Shown: positions 50,284-62,885, counted from the whole stretch's first letter. The stretch is 63,999 bases of DNA, filler included, from Pelomyxa schiedti (GCA_020536535.1; 14 parts of 14 records of this genome joined end to end with filler, not necessarily neighbours in it); one strand, 5' to 3'. Notes: generated from the letters alone by a model not told the origin. Made by a program: numbers and translations.

Positions 50284-52306
50284 CACAACTAAATTAAATT
50301 AAATGTAATTAAATTAAATGTAATTAAATTTCCAAAAACCAAAAACAACCGCGAGGGTAGCCGACAACGGGGGGGGACGTTGATTGCAGACGCACGCCGA
50401 CGTTATTGGTATTTGTGACTGGAGCCGACTGGCAGGGGTTGTTGTTGTTGTTGCCACGCCACATGAACCGTCGTCGTAGAAGGAAACAGTGAACTTCTTC
50501 GAAGGTGATCGTCATCATCCATTGAGAGAAGAAAACACCTACCTCCCCAGAGAGGGATTGGAGAACTCCAACAAATTCCGCTGGATCAACAGAAAAAGTA
50601 AGGTCCTTCTCACATTGCTCAACCAGGGAGGGAGTATGCTACAATGTAAGTTCATCAAAAAGAAGTACCAAACAAACAAGGAACGAAACAAGTGACACAC
50701 AGGTCAACCAAAAACAAAAAAAACAAAGAGGGAAACAAAGAAGGGGCAACAATATTACGTAGGCGATTGCAAGTCCATGCAGATCACTGCCGCTCCACAT
50801 GGATATTCCTGCTCGAGAAAAAGAAACAACAACAGGCGAAACGAAACCCACGCTGTGCAACATATCTGCACCAAATTTGGCTTCAAAAAAAAAAAAAAAA
50901 ACCCCAGAAACAAGCGATGACGCACACAACAACTGTGCAACACACGCGTGTAAACAACAAACCTCCAAACGTCTTACGGTCGCGAATTGTGACTTGTGTT
51001 GTCATTTTTTTTTTTTTTGTTTTTTTGTGGATAGATTTTGGATTCTCCCTTATGGGTGGCTGATGCACCCACAGGCAGTTTTTTTATACCCACCAAATGA
51101 CCAACAAAGAGTTGGAAGAACTGGCCTGTTGTTTTGAGTACTGCTAGTGCCAATCGTATGACATAATTTGTAGATAGTTGGCAGAGCTACAACTGATACC
51201 CAAATTCCAATTTGCCGTTGTTTGTTGTTGATTTGTAGCTCTTCCTAACTGTAACTAAGTTACAGTGAATGTGACACACAGCTGATGGCACACTTCACTT
51301 GTGGACTTCCGAACGCCAGTGCACACAACCAACGTGGTGATTTTCTTGACTCAAATCTTCAGTACAATCTCGGCCAGAGTGACACCTTCCGCAAGACGAA
51401 CAGGCTGCATACACTGTGTTAAATGTACATGACTTACATAACCTGTATGTAGGTGCCGCCAAACAAAACGCAGGGAAAAAGAAGGTGCATTTTTTGAATT
51501 CAAATTGCTGGCTGTGAATTTTTTCAGATTCTAACATCTACCACAGGAACAGTAGTATGCACCGCAGTACCAATCAGAGGTCTGACTCGTTTATGGAGAA
51601 ATTCCTGTACTCCTCACAAAGGGCATTCCTGCCCCTCTTTTTCCCCCGCCTCCTCATCTTCCTTATCCTATCACAGAAAACCCATTTCCACCAACCACCT
51701 CCGCGTTTGTGGCCTTTTCTGCTGCCTCTTTTGACTCGAATTTCAGCAACAGGAGTCCTTTGCCATTATCTTGCACCTCACAACTTAATCGATGTTGGTT
51801 ATAGACGCAAAGTAAAAAAAAAAGAAATCCAAATTTCCGGATTACACACCTTGCTCTCGCGCACCATCAACTCGGATTTTTGTTTGGTTATTTGCGGACA
51901 GATTGGATTTGAGACGTAGTTATGGGTGCCAGATGAAGTCTTGTGACATGGGCATATTCCAACCCACTCTAAAGTACTTTATTTGGTTTTGGTCTTGACT
52001 TTGTCACGCTTGATTTACAGGAGCAGAGCGTCGTTTGTTTATCTTGGTGGTTTCCGGGTGCATGTCAGGTCTCCGTTCCTGTTCCTGTTGTGTATTTGTT
52101 ACAAGTCACCGGAATGTTTGGGTTGTATGCATATTATCATAAAACCTGTGGAAGTGTGCCCCGAGCCACAGTACGACTGCCGTGTGGCCGAGGATTTCGC
52201 ATTTTTGTATTCCGCACCGAGACGTACAGCGGGTAGCACCCCGTCTTGTCCCCCGCGCCCCCGCCGCCGATCCGCTGGGGAGGGGGCTGTTGGTGGTAAC
52301 ATTCCA

Positions 52307-53773
52307 TTAGGAGAACACAACGGTTGCAACTGTGCGTTGTTCCCTGTCGGTCCGCAGTTGCACCACGTGGGCCTCCATCTTTTGCATTTCCACATTCCCG
52401 AAATACGTGTAGATGCTCACGCATGCAGTCACCGGTTGTCTTTGTTTACAGATTAGTGGTGTAGCAAGAAATAAAGGATTTAGAAAGAATAGATAGAGAA
52501 AAACAAGGCGGAATTGTGAGGGAAGGGAGAACATACACAACGGTTTTTCCACCAGCGGAAAATAGCTGAACTGCTATTGTGTATGCACCGGGCATTGATT
52601 TTGAAATAAGGTATTCAACAGGTCCATATCCCTGCCCCATGTCTCGCGACAACATTCCTGAGTTATTGTTAGTCAGTACTCTCAAAATAGGTAAGTTCCG
52701 CACCTCCAAAGAGAGAGTGATTGTGGAAACTAGTAACGGTTTCTCCGCTTGGCTAAATCAACAACAACACATGGGATTAATACCGGGGTGTTATGAGAGG
52801 AGTTTAGAACCTCAGTTACGTAATAGCACAGCCGGCGTTACTGCGGCTGTTGCTGCTTCTGCTGCCGCATGGTCGGAGGAGATGATGATATTGAGGAATA
52901 TGATGCAAGTGCCTCTCAGGAGCCTGCTGGTTGATTTGAGAGTGGTGCTCGAGTGGAACATGGATGTTGTAAATATGGAACTCCATTATTATTGGCAATG
53001 GATGTTGTGTAGGACAATGCATTGCAGAGTTCGGTGAGTGCCACAACTTCCACCTGGTGAAATCTGATATCCCATTTCCGGGTTATGACCTGGCACAGCA
53101 GATGTATAACCCTGGGTAGATCATCAAGGTTGTTTCGTGCCAAAAGGGCCAGTGCTAGGTCCCAGTATGCCTGCTGGTTCTTCGCTCCTAATCGCCAGTT
53201 GTTAGAGATGAAAAAAAAAGGGAGAAAAGGTAACCTTATGTCAAGTATTTTCTTAAAAATATCCACACAGCAGCCAAAGGCTTTGAATTGCATTAGTTTG
53301 TACGCTGCAAGCCTCAGGATTTGGGCGTCTGCTCCATGTGTGATTCAAGATCAACGGCAAGAAGGGATTCATATGCCTCCTTACCATCTGCCTGTTGTAA
53401 ATTTAGCTTCCGAAAGAAACGAGAAAAGAAATCGCACCAAGCGTAATTGCTATGGCTGGGAGGAGAGCGGTCTTCGCGGTGATATGGTCTGGGAGGTGAT
53501 GGAGAGCGTGCAACAGGGGGTGACCTGGGCCTCGCATCCCTTTCATGCCTCCTGGGTGGAGGAGAATGCCTCGGCGGGGAGCGTGAACGAGACCTGGCTC
53601 TGAAGTCATCTCAGTGATAAATCTTATCTTTTTTCCTGTGAGACAAAATTCCATTCCACCAAGGGAAGTGGGTACCTTTACAGTTCTCCCCTCACGTTTT
53701 GGGACAGGAAAAATTCGTGCACGAAATACATTTCCCAAGACATGTTCGCAAGTTGCAATCCTCCCCTCTACAG
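52307..53773 (-). pseudogene. VIT-TPR-DUF2135 (YfaP-like) gene, internally deleted and carrying a 163-bp inversion
   Basis: VIT motif GNVFRARIFPVP, TPR DAQILRLAAYKL...AYWDLALAL...WDIRFHQVEVVALTEL, DLRVVLEWNMDVVNMELH on the opposite strand, then PSGE...GGMLSRDMGQGYGPVEY...PGAY. Confidence 0.85.
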
Positions 53774-53873
53774 NNNNNNNNNNNNNNNNNNNNNNNNNNN
53801 NNNNNNNNNNNNNNNNNTTAATTAATTAANNNNNNNNNNNNNNNNNNNNNNNNNNNNNNNNNNNNNNNNNNNN

Positions 53874-54313
53874 GCCCGCGCCGCCTCCCGCAGCACCCCC
53901 TCGTCGTCCTCCTCCTCCTCTGCCCGCTCCTCGTGGTCCGCAGCGCCCCCGCCGCCGGCACCCACTCCCTTGCTGGCACCGCCGCTGCTGCTGCTGCCGC
54001 TGCCGCTGCTTGAATTTTCTGCTGGTGGCGGGGGCGCTGCGGGCAGTGGGGGGAGGGGGAGGAGCCGCCGTAGGGCGTCGGCGGGGGGAGGGGGCGCAGG
54101 AGCCGCAGCAGGGGGGCGAGGGGGCCGCCGGCGGCGCAGGGACTTGAAGTCGAAGAAGGAGCGGGAGGTGAGCAGGCACTCGCGGATGGCCCCGGAGCAC
54201 TCGGCCACTTTGCTGGCGGCGAACAAGTCTATCGCTCGCAGCAGCCACACATCACTCTCGTCCTCGGGTCCTTGCTGCTGTGGTAGCTGTTCCTGTGCCA
54301 CAACACAAGACAT
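53874..54313 (-). CDS. 5' fragment of a GC-rich hypothetical gene
   Basis: ORF open to the contig end, low-complexity. Confidence 0.55.
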
Positions 54314-55274
54314 TTGGCCGAAAAAAATAATCAATAGACCGGAACGCCGTCATTTCGGTTCTGGTCGCTCAGGATCGGCCTTGTTGATGGTGTGGTCACA
54401 CCAAATCTAGTGTTGTGGGTGCACATAGTACATTGGTCGATGTCTGATTCTTTGTAGAACAAGTTTGAAGTAAATTCGTTGTTACCCCACAAGAATAAAA
54501 AAATTTCTCTTTAAGTTCACCCCCTTTGGGGGATCATGACAAGGCTTCCTCCAAGTTACTCAGGCCGATGTTTACCTCCGCCAGGTTGGTGTCTTTTCCG
54601 CCCCCTTGGCATCGCCCAACATCAGAGCTAGAGCGCATCGAATCCCGTCGCCTATTCCGTCGCACAGGGTATCCTTTGGTTATTCTTTCTCTTGGTTGGT
54701 GGTTTTCGGTTCATCGGTTCAAGGAGAGCAACTTTCGCCCCTGCCTGATCAATTGAAGCCGATTTCCTTTCCTTTCACCCTGTTTTTTAGAAGGTAAATT
54801 TCCGGCCGAGAAGACTTATGGGTACAGGTTTTTTCAAAGAAGAAACAATTTTACGTTTGTTGTGGGGCGTGATGGTGTGCCCTGAACGAGAAACTCTTGA
54901 CGAGGGAGGTAACTGTGCCCCTATGTGTACTAAAAGGAACTATGAACAGTGATCTGTTGTCCTCCACGTTCCTCACGTCAATGTATTGGATTGTGGTAGA
55001 CTTCTTGTTGCTGTTGTCACTCTCTGTGTTGTCCACCTTCTTTTCTGACATGGCCAGCATGAGGCCAGTGANNNNNNNNNNNNNNNNNNNNNNNNNNNNN
55101 NNNNNNNNNNNNNNNTTAATTAATTAANNNNNNNNNNNNNNNNNNNNNNNNNNNNNNNNNNNNNNNNNNNNACGACAACAGGACCCTGGATGCCAGAAGG
55201 GCTGATGAACAGAGTGCAATGTCAGGCTTTACTTCCGCCTCCACCCACTTCACCTCGGCACTAACACCCCTTGC

Positions 55275-55425
55275 TCTCACTCTCGCTCTCTCACGCTCTC
55301 TCGCTCTCGCTCTCTCTCGCTCTCTCGCGCTCTCTCGCGCTCTCTCGCGCTCTCTCGCGCTCTCTCGCGCTCTCGCTCTCTCGCTCTCTCGCTCTCTCAC
55401 GCTCTCGCTCTCTCACGCTCTCTCA
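55275..55425. repeat. CT/CG-rich simple repeat ((CTCTCGCG)-like)
   Basis: Direct reading. (ACGCCC)n also occurs at 55822-55859. Confidence 0.92.
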
Positions 55426-55589
55426 CTCCTACACACCCCCCACCACTGGGCTCCTGCACTCCACGCTTCCATTCCTGGCCTGAAGTTTGTTTTCCACTTC
55501 AGGCAAAAGAAAAAAAAAATATTTGTATTTGAAAACAAACTTCAGAGGGGCTGGAACAGGGACCACCAGGGGACCACTGTGTGTCCACA

Positions 55590-56660
55590 TTAGACTTTCC
55601 CGAATTTATAATTAATCGACTTCCCAGCACTTTTTGGCGATTTTTTGGTACAACTCGATTTTTGCCACCCACAACTTTTTCATCTGTGGCGGCTGCCAAC
55701 TGGCAGAACCCGCAACAACACAGCCAACGCCCAACAAACCACAACTGGCAATAAAAAGTGGGTGGCGGCAATACAAACATGTGGATGAAAAAAAGAAATT
55801 TTTTTTTTGTGGTGTGGTTGTACGCCCACGCCCACGCCCACGCCCACGCCCACGCCCACACTCAGCAATCCCATTCTCATGGTGGATCCGTTCTCTCCAT
55901 CACCCACCACCTACTTCCCTGGTGAATCAGACACAGGTTAAAAAAAAAATGGTAGCGATACCAAACGCAACAAAACACAGAACCACAACAGCAAAAAACG
56001 AAGATGACCACAGGAATCGCTCGGAGGTGCCGCACCGCACGTCCCGTCGGACTTAGGTTTTTCTAGTTTTTTTTCTCTGGACTTCACAGTCCACGAAGGT
56101 CAGTTGATTAACAGTTGCTTTCCATACGTTTCTTTGGATCAAAAGATTAAGGCCCTTCGTTGTTCAAAGCATTTTTTTTTAATTTAATTAACTCAACAAA
56201 CCGCTCCGTCGTCTCGTTTTCCCCCACCCACTGTAAATAAAAGAAAACCATTTTTTGTAATTTTCTCTTTTTTTCCCCCCGATTGCCAGCTGGTTCGTTT
56301 CAGCGTTGTTGGGCAGCCGGTGGTTGTTGCTCGTTGTTGGTTGGTGTTGCCGTTGGCCGTTGTCATACTGTTGTTGTTGTTGTTTTTGTTGTTGTTGTTA
56401 TTTGTTCTGTTGGCGTTGACATTGGCCGTGCTGTTGTCTGTTGTTGTCAGTTAGTTGTCAGTTGGCGCAACTTGGAAAACACCAACTTGTGGGTGGCAAA
56501 AATCGAGTTGTACCAAAAAATCGCCAACAAGTGCTGCGAAACTGATTAATTATAAATTAGGGAAAGTCTATTGGTGCCACCCACTTTTTATTGCCAGTTG
56601 TGGTTTGTTGGCCATTGGCTGTGTTGTTGCTGGTTCTGCCAGTTGGCAGCCGCCACAGAC
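55590..56660. repeat. Inverted repeat pair of about 180 bp with permuted sub-blocks
   Basis: 55590-55674 is the reverse complement of ~56487-56571. 55683-55766 is the reverse complement of ~56576-56659. Confidence 0.88.
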
Positions 56661-57173
56661 TCAGAACTCGATTCCCTCCGACCGGGAAGGGACCAACGCG
56701 CCCAGGATTAATTAACTGAGTTGATTGTTTATACACTTGTCTCCTCTCAGTTGGTGCCGACTGCAGCAAGACGATCTGGCTTGGTGCTGAGAGTGTGGAT
56801 TTTCGGGGAACATGTTGTTTCTGTCTCTTCCGTTTCCAGCAAAAGAAGAAGAACAAATAAAATTTAATGCCGTTTGGTTGCCGGTGTGGTGCGTGTCACG
56901 GGTGGGTGACTGGTGCGACAGACCGTCCGTCGCATTTTGGTGCCAGGTCAGGACGTTCTGTTGTTCGGTATCGGTTTTTTTTTCCCGATGTTTTCTTTGT
57001 TTGTTTATAATTTTATTGTGTTTTGTCCACCGGTCTTTTGTTGTTGTTTCTCGGTTTTGCTTTTGTTTTTTTTNNNNNNNNNNNNNNNNNNNNNNNNNNN
57101 NNNNNNNNNNNNNNNNNTTAATTAATTAANNNNNNNNNNNNNNNNNNNNNNNNNNNNNNNNNNNNNNNNNNNN

Positions 57174-57701
57174 TACTTCCGCTTGTCCACTCTGTGTATT
57201 GCATTAGAACAAGTCAATCAACCAACGAAAAACGGCTCAACTACATACCAGGGAGGAGTTCAACAGGGTAAGTAATAGGCCCGACCACAGCAGAGGCGTC
57301 AGCACCGGCCATAGAATATGATGTAGGAGTGGCACCCATCGGGAAAAGCAGCATTGATGTGATGTTCCTCTCAATAAGCAAGTCAATTGTAAGGCGGCAA
57401 ACAGCGGAACTGTCTCCGGCTGATGACTGGAAATATGCAATCCCGTCGGGAAGGCTGCTGTCCACCATTTTCACTGGGAAGAACCCCCTGTGCATTGATC
57501 AACGAATGATAAACAAGTCAGAAATGTGAGAAGGACAGCATACGAGTCAGCAGAGGTATTGGAGGTAACACCCCAAGTGTTTCCAATTGCCTGCAGGTTG
57601 GTGTCCACTGTTATTGATGCTGTGGGCAGCTGTGTCCCGAACCTTGCTGATGTCATTCCGAACAAACAGAACGTCACCACCACTGTAACCAGGTTTGTCA
57701 T
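57174..57701 (-). CDS. Secreted protein, 5' fragment
   Basis: Signal peptide MTNLVTVVVTFCLFGMTSA. A GTATG...CAG intron joins TSADS to GFFPVKMVD in frame. Confidence 0.7.
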
Positions 57702-58397
57702 TTTTATTTTTTTGGTTGTTTTTGGTTTGTTGTTTTGCTGTTGCTTGTTTGTGCTGGCTGCTGTGCCGGTGTTGGTTTGGTTGTTTGTTTGTTGGGTTTT
57801 AAAGCTCTCTTTTTTATATTATATTTTGAGTTACCACGACAAAAGGCTTGTTTATAAAGGCAGCCAGTTTGCCGTTCGAGTAACGAACAAATTGCTCACT
57901 GTAAGAGAAACCAATAAAAAGTCGTCCAGCTCCGCTTTTCGTTCTCCCCTTTTTCCAGGCTTTGGAATCTGGGCTTGATGATCCGGTTGCCCACAAAGGC
58001 AATTCTCTGGGCTTTCATCTAGCCGGGCATCTGATCAAGTCCCCATTTTCGGTTGGGTTGAGACTCGGCAGTGTCGCTTTTTAGGCCAAGGATTGAGCTC
58101 AACAAACCATCACTTTGATCTTCCCAGAACCATTTCCCTTCAAGGGATCAATCATAGGACCCAATGGACGTTCGGCGGCAACAACAGGAAAACCCACATG
58201 ACGACTGTCATTCTTATCCACTGCAACAACCGACGTCACTCGACAACCCCCAACAGCAGCGTCGCCACGACCCACAATTCGGTATCGGCACAGTGGTCAC
58301 CGTCGCCCCATTGTCCACAAACCAAACAACAACAAGGACAAAACGAAGAGGAACAACCACAGTGACAACAACCGCGACGACATACCAGCCACACACG

Positions 58398-59645
58398 ATG
58401 GCGGACCAGATGATGTCGCTGGCCATGGCCTCGCACCCCCGCTGCGGCTCCCGCTCCTCGCTCTCGCCTTTGTTGCTGTGGTCGATGACCGCACCATCGA
58501 TGATGACCACTAGTGCTGCTGCTGGCGGTGGTTGTGGTTCTTGTTGTTGTTGTTGTGACGGCACCCTGGTGCTCAGGCTGTTGTGGAGGTGGTTGATGGG
58601 AACTGAGAGGTTCTTCTGCGTGTGTTGGCGTTGCAGGAAGTACGGTGTGGTGATCACGTTTGGTGTCTCCTCGGTGTTGTTGACACTCACTCATGAATTG
58701 AAGTGGTGGGCGGGTGAACAAGTGCTGGGGGCAAATGAGCACCAGTTGGTGGGGAGGGAATACGCAAGAGGAGGGGTTTACTACTTGAAGGGCAGAGCGA
58801 CTGGGCACCTTGAACCTCTGTTTTCCATCAACAAGTCCTCTGGCACAGAGGGCACAAATGGGAAGTGGTTTGTGTGCTTTTCGACAGACTCAATGTTTGT
58901 CATTGAGCTGCCAAAGAGTGGAGAGCCAAGCACAGCAAAAGAAAAACCAGCAACTGTTGTTCCAGTTTCATCTGTTGGCAGTTGTTGGCAGTACTGGAAA
59001 ATGTCATTTTGCAGTTTCAATGAGGACCACTTGTTGGTTCGCTTCTCTGATTCCTTTGGCAGCCCTACTCGTGTGCAATTCATTCTGATTGACCTCGCAC
59101 AAACAAAGTCATCAGGAAAACTGGTGGCCGTGGCCTCAGCTGTTGCCTCCTCCACTTCTATGAAAGGTACATCGTTAGATGACCTTGAATGCGACGATTA
59201 CCTGACCAATGAATGTGTTGCCTGTTCCACAAAGAGTGGTGCCGTCAAATTTGTCACCATGTCCGAAGTTGGAGATCTCATTTCCATTGACGATGCAACT
59301 TGGAAAGTGAACCCAATCGGCCACAAGAGATACAAAATGCTAAGATTCCCAGCAGTGATTTCACAACTGAGCATGTCACAGTTCTGTGTTTTTGAAGGAA
59401 GCTATGGTTACGACGTGTGGGATATCAATGACACAGCCAAACCAGTGAGGAAATGCAAGTTACTGCCTGGGTTCACCTCCCTCCAATCTTTTGCAGAAGG
59501 TGGATTCATGTTCCAGATGAGCGAATCACACAAAGAAATACATGTGAGCGAAGAGTGCTCTGGTGACCACGTCATCACCTTCAAGTTATTCAGGCCTCTG
59601 GACGAAACCAGACGCCACTTCTCCTTCCTTCCTCATTTTGATTAA
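58398..59645 (+). CDS. Lineage-expanded family protein (ADQMMSLAMASHPRCG, NGKW, IDLAQT, SQLS, WDIND, AEGGFMF, EECSG)
   Basis: Intronless ORF, open from 58164, with the family motifs in order. Start codon uncertain. Confidence 0.85.
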   Translation: MADQMMSLAMASHPRCGSRSSLSPLLLWSMTAPSMMTTSAAAGGGCGSCCCCCDGTLVLRLLWRWLMGTERFFCVCWRCRKYGVVITFGVSSVLLTLTHELKWWAGEQVLGANEHQLVGREYARGGVYYLKGRATGHLEPLFSINKSSGTEGTNGKWFVCFSTDSMFVIELPKSGEPSTAKEKPATVVPVSSVGSCWQYWKMSFCSFNEDHLLVRFSDSFGSPTRVQFILIDLAQTKSSGKLVAVASAVASSTSMKGTSLDDLECDDYLTNECVACSTKSGAVKFVTMSEVGDLISIDDATWKVNPIGHKRYKMLRFPAVISQLSMSQFCVFEGSYGYDVWDINDTAKPVRKCKLLPGFTSLQSFAEGGFMFQMSESHKEIHVSEECSGDHVITFKLFRPLDETRRHFSFLPHFD

Positions 59646-60467
59646 CAAATTAAATTAAATTGTCCTCCGCGACGCTCATTCACGAGGGGCATTCCCCTTA
59701 GGATTCTTCCTGATTTAACCAATTAATAATAAAGCGTGAATCACACAGGCAGCAGCGACGATGATGGTGGTGGGGGATGGGGCGGGGTACGACGGCGCGG
59801 GCGACGGGGACGCGGGGGTGGTGGAGGTCGACCGGCGGGGGACGGCGGCGGTCGCCGGGGTGATGTGGATCGTGCTGTTCGTAACCATTTATTTTATGTA
59901 CTGCAAAAAGCCGGCGCCGAGGAGACTTCCGCCGTTGGCCGCCGCAAAGTACGCGTTTTGCGAATTATTATTGTTGACTTGTCAATGGGGGCTTTTCTTT
60001 AAAGTTAAGTTACTTTTAAATTAAGGAAAAACCTTAACTTTGTAATGCTGTGGGGTGCATTTCTTACTTTCCCCCCCACGTCGGCCGCCGAGGAAGCGGC
60101 GGCAGCCGTGGACAGGCCGGGCAGCGGCGACGACGCCGTGGATGTGGATGCTGCTGCGCACGCGGAGGAGGACGGCGAGGACGATGAGGAGGACGAGGAC
60201 GACGAGCTGTTGCTGCCGCTGCGGCTGTGCTTGTTGTTGTTGTTGGTGGTGGTGCTGGTGCTGCCACTGCTGCCGAGCGAGTCGTCCTCGTCGCCGTCGC
60301 CGCTGGGGGCGTTGGGAATGGTTTTGTGGTAGTGGTGGTGGGCTCTCGTGGTGGTGGCCTTTGTGTGNNNNNNNNNNNNNNNNNNNNNNNNNNNNNNNNN
60401 NNNNNNNNNNNTTAATTAATTAANNNNNNNNNNNNNNNNNNNNNNNNNNNNNNNNNNNNNNNNNNNN

Positions 60468-61507
60468 TGGAGGGCAGGGTGGCGCCGACGGCGGGCAGCT
60501 TGTGCTACTGGGTGGACGACAGGGCGCTGCTGAACATGGAGGAGGGCCGGGGCGAGGGTGAGGCGGACTGCTGGGCAATGGACGGGGGGTGCTGCAGTCG
60601 CCCTGGGTGCTGGTACATCTGCGACGGGTCCACTGGGGCGAGGATTGGGAGGGTTGCTGAACCCGGTGGGGTTCAGCGGGCTCTGTGAGGCTGTCAATGG
60701 GAAGTGGCTGGTGAGGTGCGGCGATCAGCCGGTTCCTGGTGGCCGAGGTGACGATGATGGTACTAACCGGGAAGTTGTGATGCTCACTGTTCGTTTGAAT
60801 GTGCTGAGTGTCTTGGAATCAGAATCTGGTGAGGTTCTGTTCCGTGAAGGAAGAGGTGTCACTACCACTACCGCCGTTACATTGCCACAGTATGTCAGTG
60901 ACTTGAAATTCATGCCATCAAGGCCTGACCATTTGTTGATGGCAGTGTTCCGTACAAGGGAAACTGCCCCTCTTTCCTCATTATCGATGTTGAGGGCACA
61001 CACACGAGTGGCACTCTGAGGCTTCTGAGCGTCACACATTGCCTTATTGACTTGACTGGATTCCCGAGTTTATCATCTGTGTTCGCAATGAGGAGGAATG
61101 ATGGCAGTGTGTACTTCATTACTGAACTGGGGCCCCACTCCTTTGAAGTGGAAGAAACAACAGGTGTTGCAAGGAAGCTTACCTGCCGTTCTTATTGCCC
61201 TCTCAGTGACTCCCAGTACTTCTGTGATGAAGAAAGATCTCAGGGGGATTGGAATGTGCCAGTCTGGGATTGCAACAACAAAATCACAGAGCCAACGAAA
61301 TTCGTTAAGATGCCCACAAGCTCCAAAACCAGAGAGGATGGTGATGAGTATTGTTGGAAACCGAAAGTCAGTGGTGCATTGGGTTTCCTGTTTCACACAG
61401 ACCCTGCCAAGTGTAGCACCACAATTTTTGAAGGAAAGGTCATCACACTTGCTCTTTCATTCCCCTTGTGGAATATCCTCACGTTATCAGTTGTGTGTTC
61501 TGTGTGA
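60468..61507 (+). pseudogene. Frameshifted member of the lineage-expanded family, 5'-truncated
   Basis: NGKW, IDVEGTHTSG, VEETTG, WDCNN and GFLF motifs are spread over different frames, with shifts at ~60660 and ~60960. Confidence 0.75.
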
Positions 61508-62509
61508 TGTTTGAAAAAGAAAAAACAGTGATGAAAGGAAACAAGAAGAAAACACTTTCATGTGTTAAAACACCCTGTCCACAAGGCCCAACTCAGGTGT
61601 GATTGTTAAAATGGGAATNNNNNNNNNNNNNNNNNNNNNNNNNNNNNNNNNNNNNNNNNNNNTTAATTAATTAANNNNNNNNNNNNNNNNNNNNNNNNNN
61701 NNNNNNNNNNNNNNNNNNGAATCAATAAAAACTTGGTAGCCCAAGAAGCAATTGCTGTTATCAAAGGTCTGGGAAGCATCAAATGAGCTTTTCCCTGCCG
61801 CACACCATGCAACAACGCAAGGGCAAACCATTTGCCAACGGTAACCGGATCATAAAGTTGGGTGACACTTGGAGGAGGGGAAATGTGATATATGTAGTTC
61901 CAAGGTACAGACTCCATCTTAGTGTGACATGGACACCTATAAATAAGATCGACGATAGTCAGTCCCATAACTGGAACAAGGGAAACAAAAAGTGGCACCC
62001 GTCAACTCAAAAGCTACAACGGCAAGCAACAAGCAACAAACAACAATCAACCAACCGACCCCAAAAAAACCACGTCGAGATTAGATCCCCCAGAGCTGCT
62101 CACGACGCTCCCGACCTCATAAACCCCCTCGGCGCGCTGCCCGGGTGGCCTCCCGCCCTCGCCCGGGCCTGCCCTCCTCGACAGCACCGCGACGTACTTG
62201 TGGGCTGCCCCGTCCAGGGCCTGGCCGGGCCACAGGCCCTCGCCCACCCAGTCGGCGGGCAGCGGGAGCCGCCGCGTGGGCTCCCCCGCCTGCGCCTCGT
62301 CCTCCGCCTGCTTCTCCGCATCGGCCGCCGCCTGCACCTGCCTGTGGGTGATACTGGGGTCCCAGTACTCTGCGGCCTCCCCAGGGTGGAACAGAGACCG
62401 GTCTGGGTCGCGTGCGGGGCCGCGCCGTTTGTACATTGTAACGGCGTGCTTCGCGGAAGAGTCTCTTTTTTTCCGGAAAACTAACTACCGAATCACACGA
62501 AGGAGGGAG

Positions 62510-62885
62510 ATGGCGGCAACGGTGTGGGGAATTGAGTAGCGTAAAAGTCAATCCATCCGACCTTGACTGTGACTAGGTCGATGTGTCGAGAATTGACGAG
62601 CACACTGATGAGCCTGCTGTGTTGCAGGGGAAAATTGCGCAATTGGCCGAAATGGTGAAAGCTAGCCATTACACTGTGTTTTTCACAGGTTGCATGTGTT
62701 TTTTTTAATGTAGTGCTGTGTGAGGGAAATGGGGAGGGTGCAATTCTTATCACCACTTACTAACTTATTGTAATTGTCAAGGGGCTGGAATTTCCACATC
62801 TTCAGGTGTTGGGGACTTTCGTGGCCCATCAGGTGCTTGGACGAACGATAGAATTTCTCACCTCGAAAAGGCGGAGTCTCGTTCT
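62510..62885 (+). CDS. Class IV sirtuin (SIRT6/7-like), 5' fragment
   Basis: Spliced MAAT|VDVSRIDEHTDEPAVLQGKIAQLAEMVKASHYTVFFT|GAGISTSSGVGDFRGPSGAWT. Confidence 0.9.
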
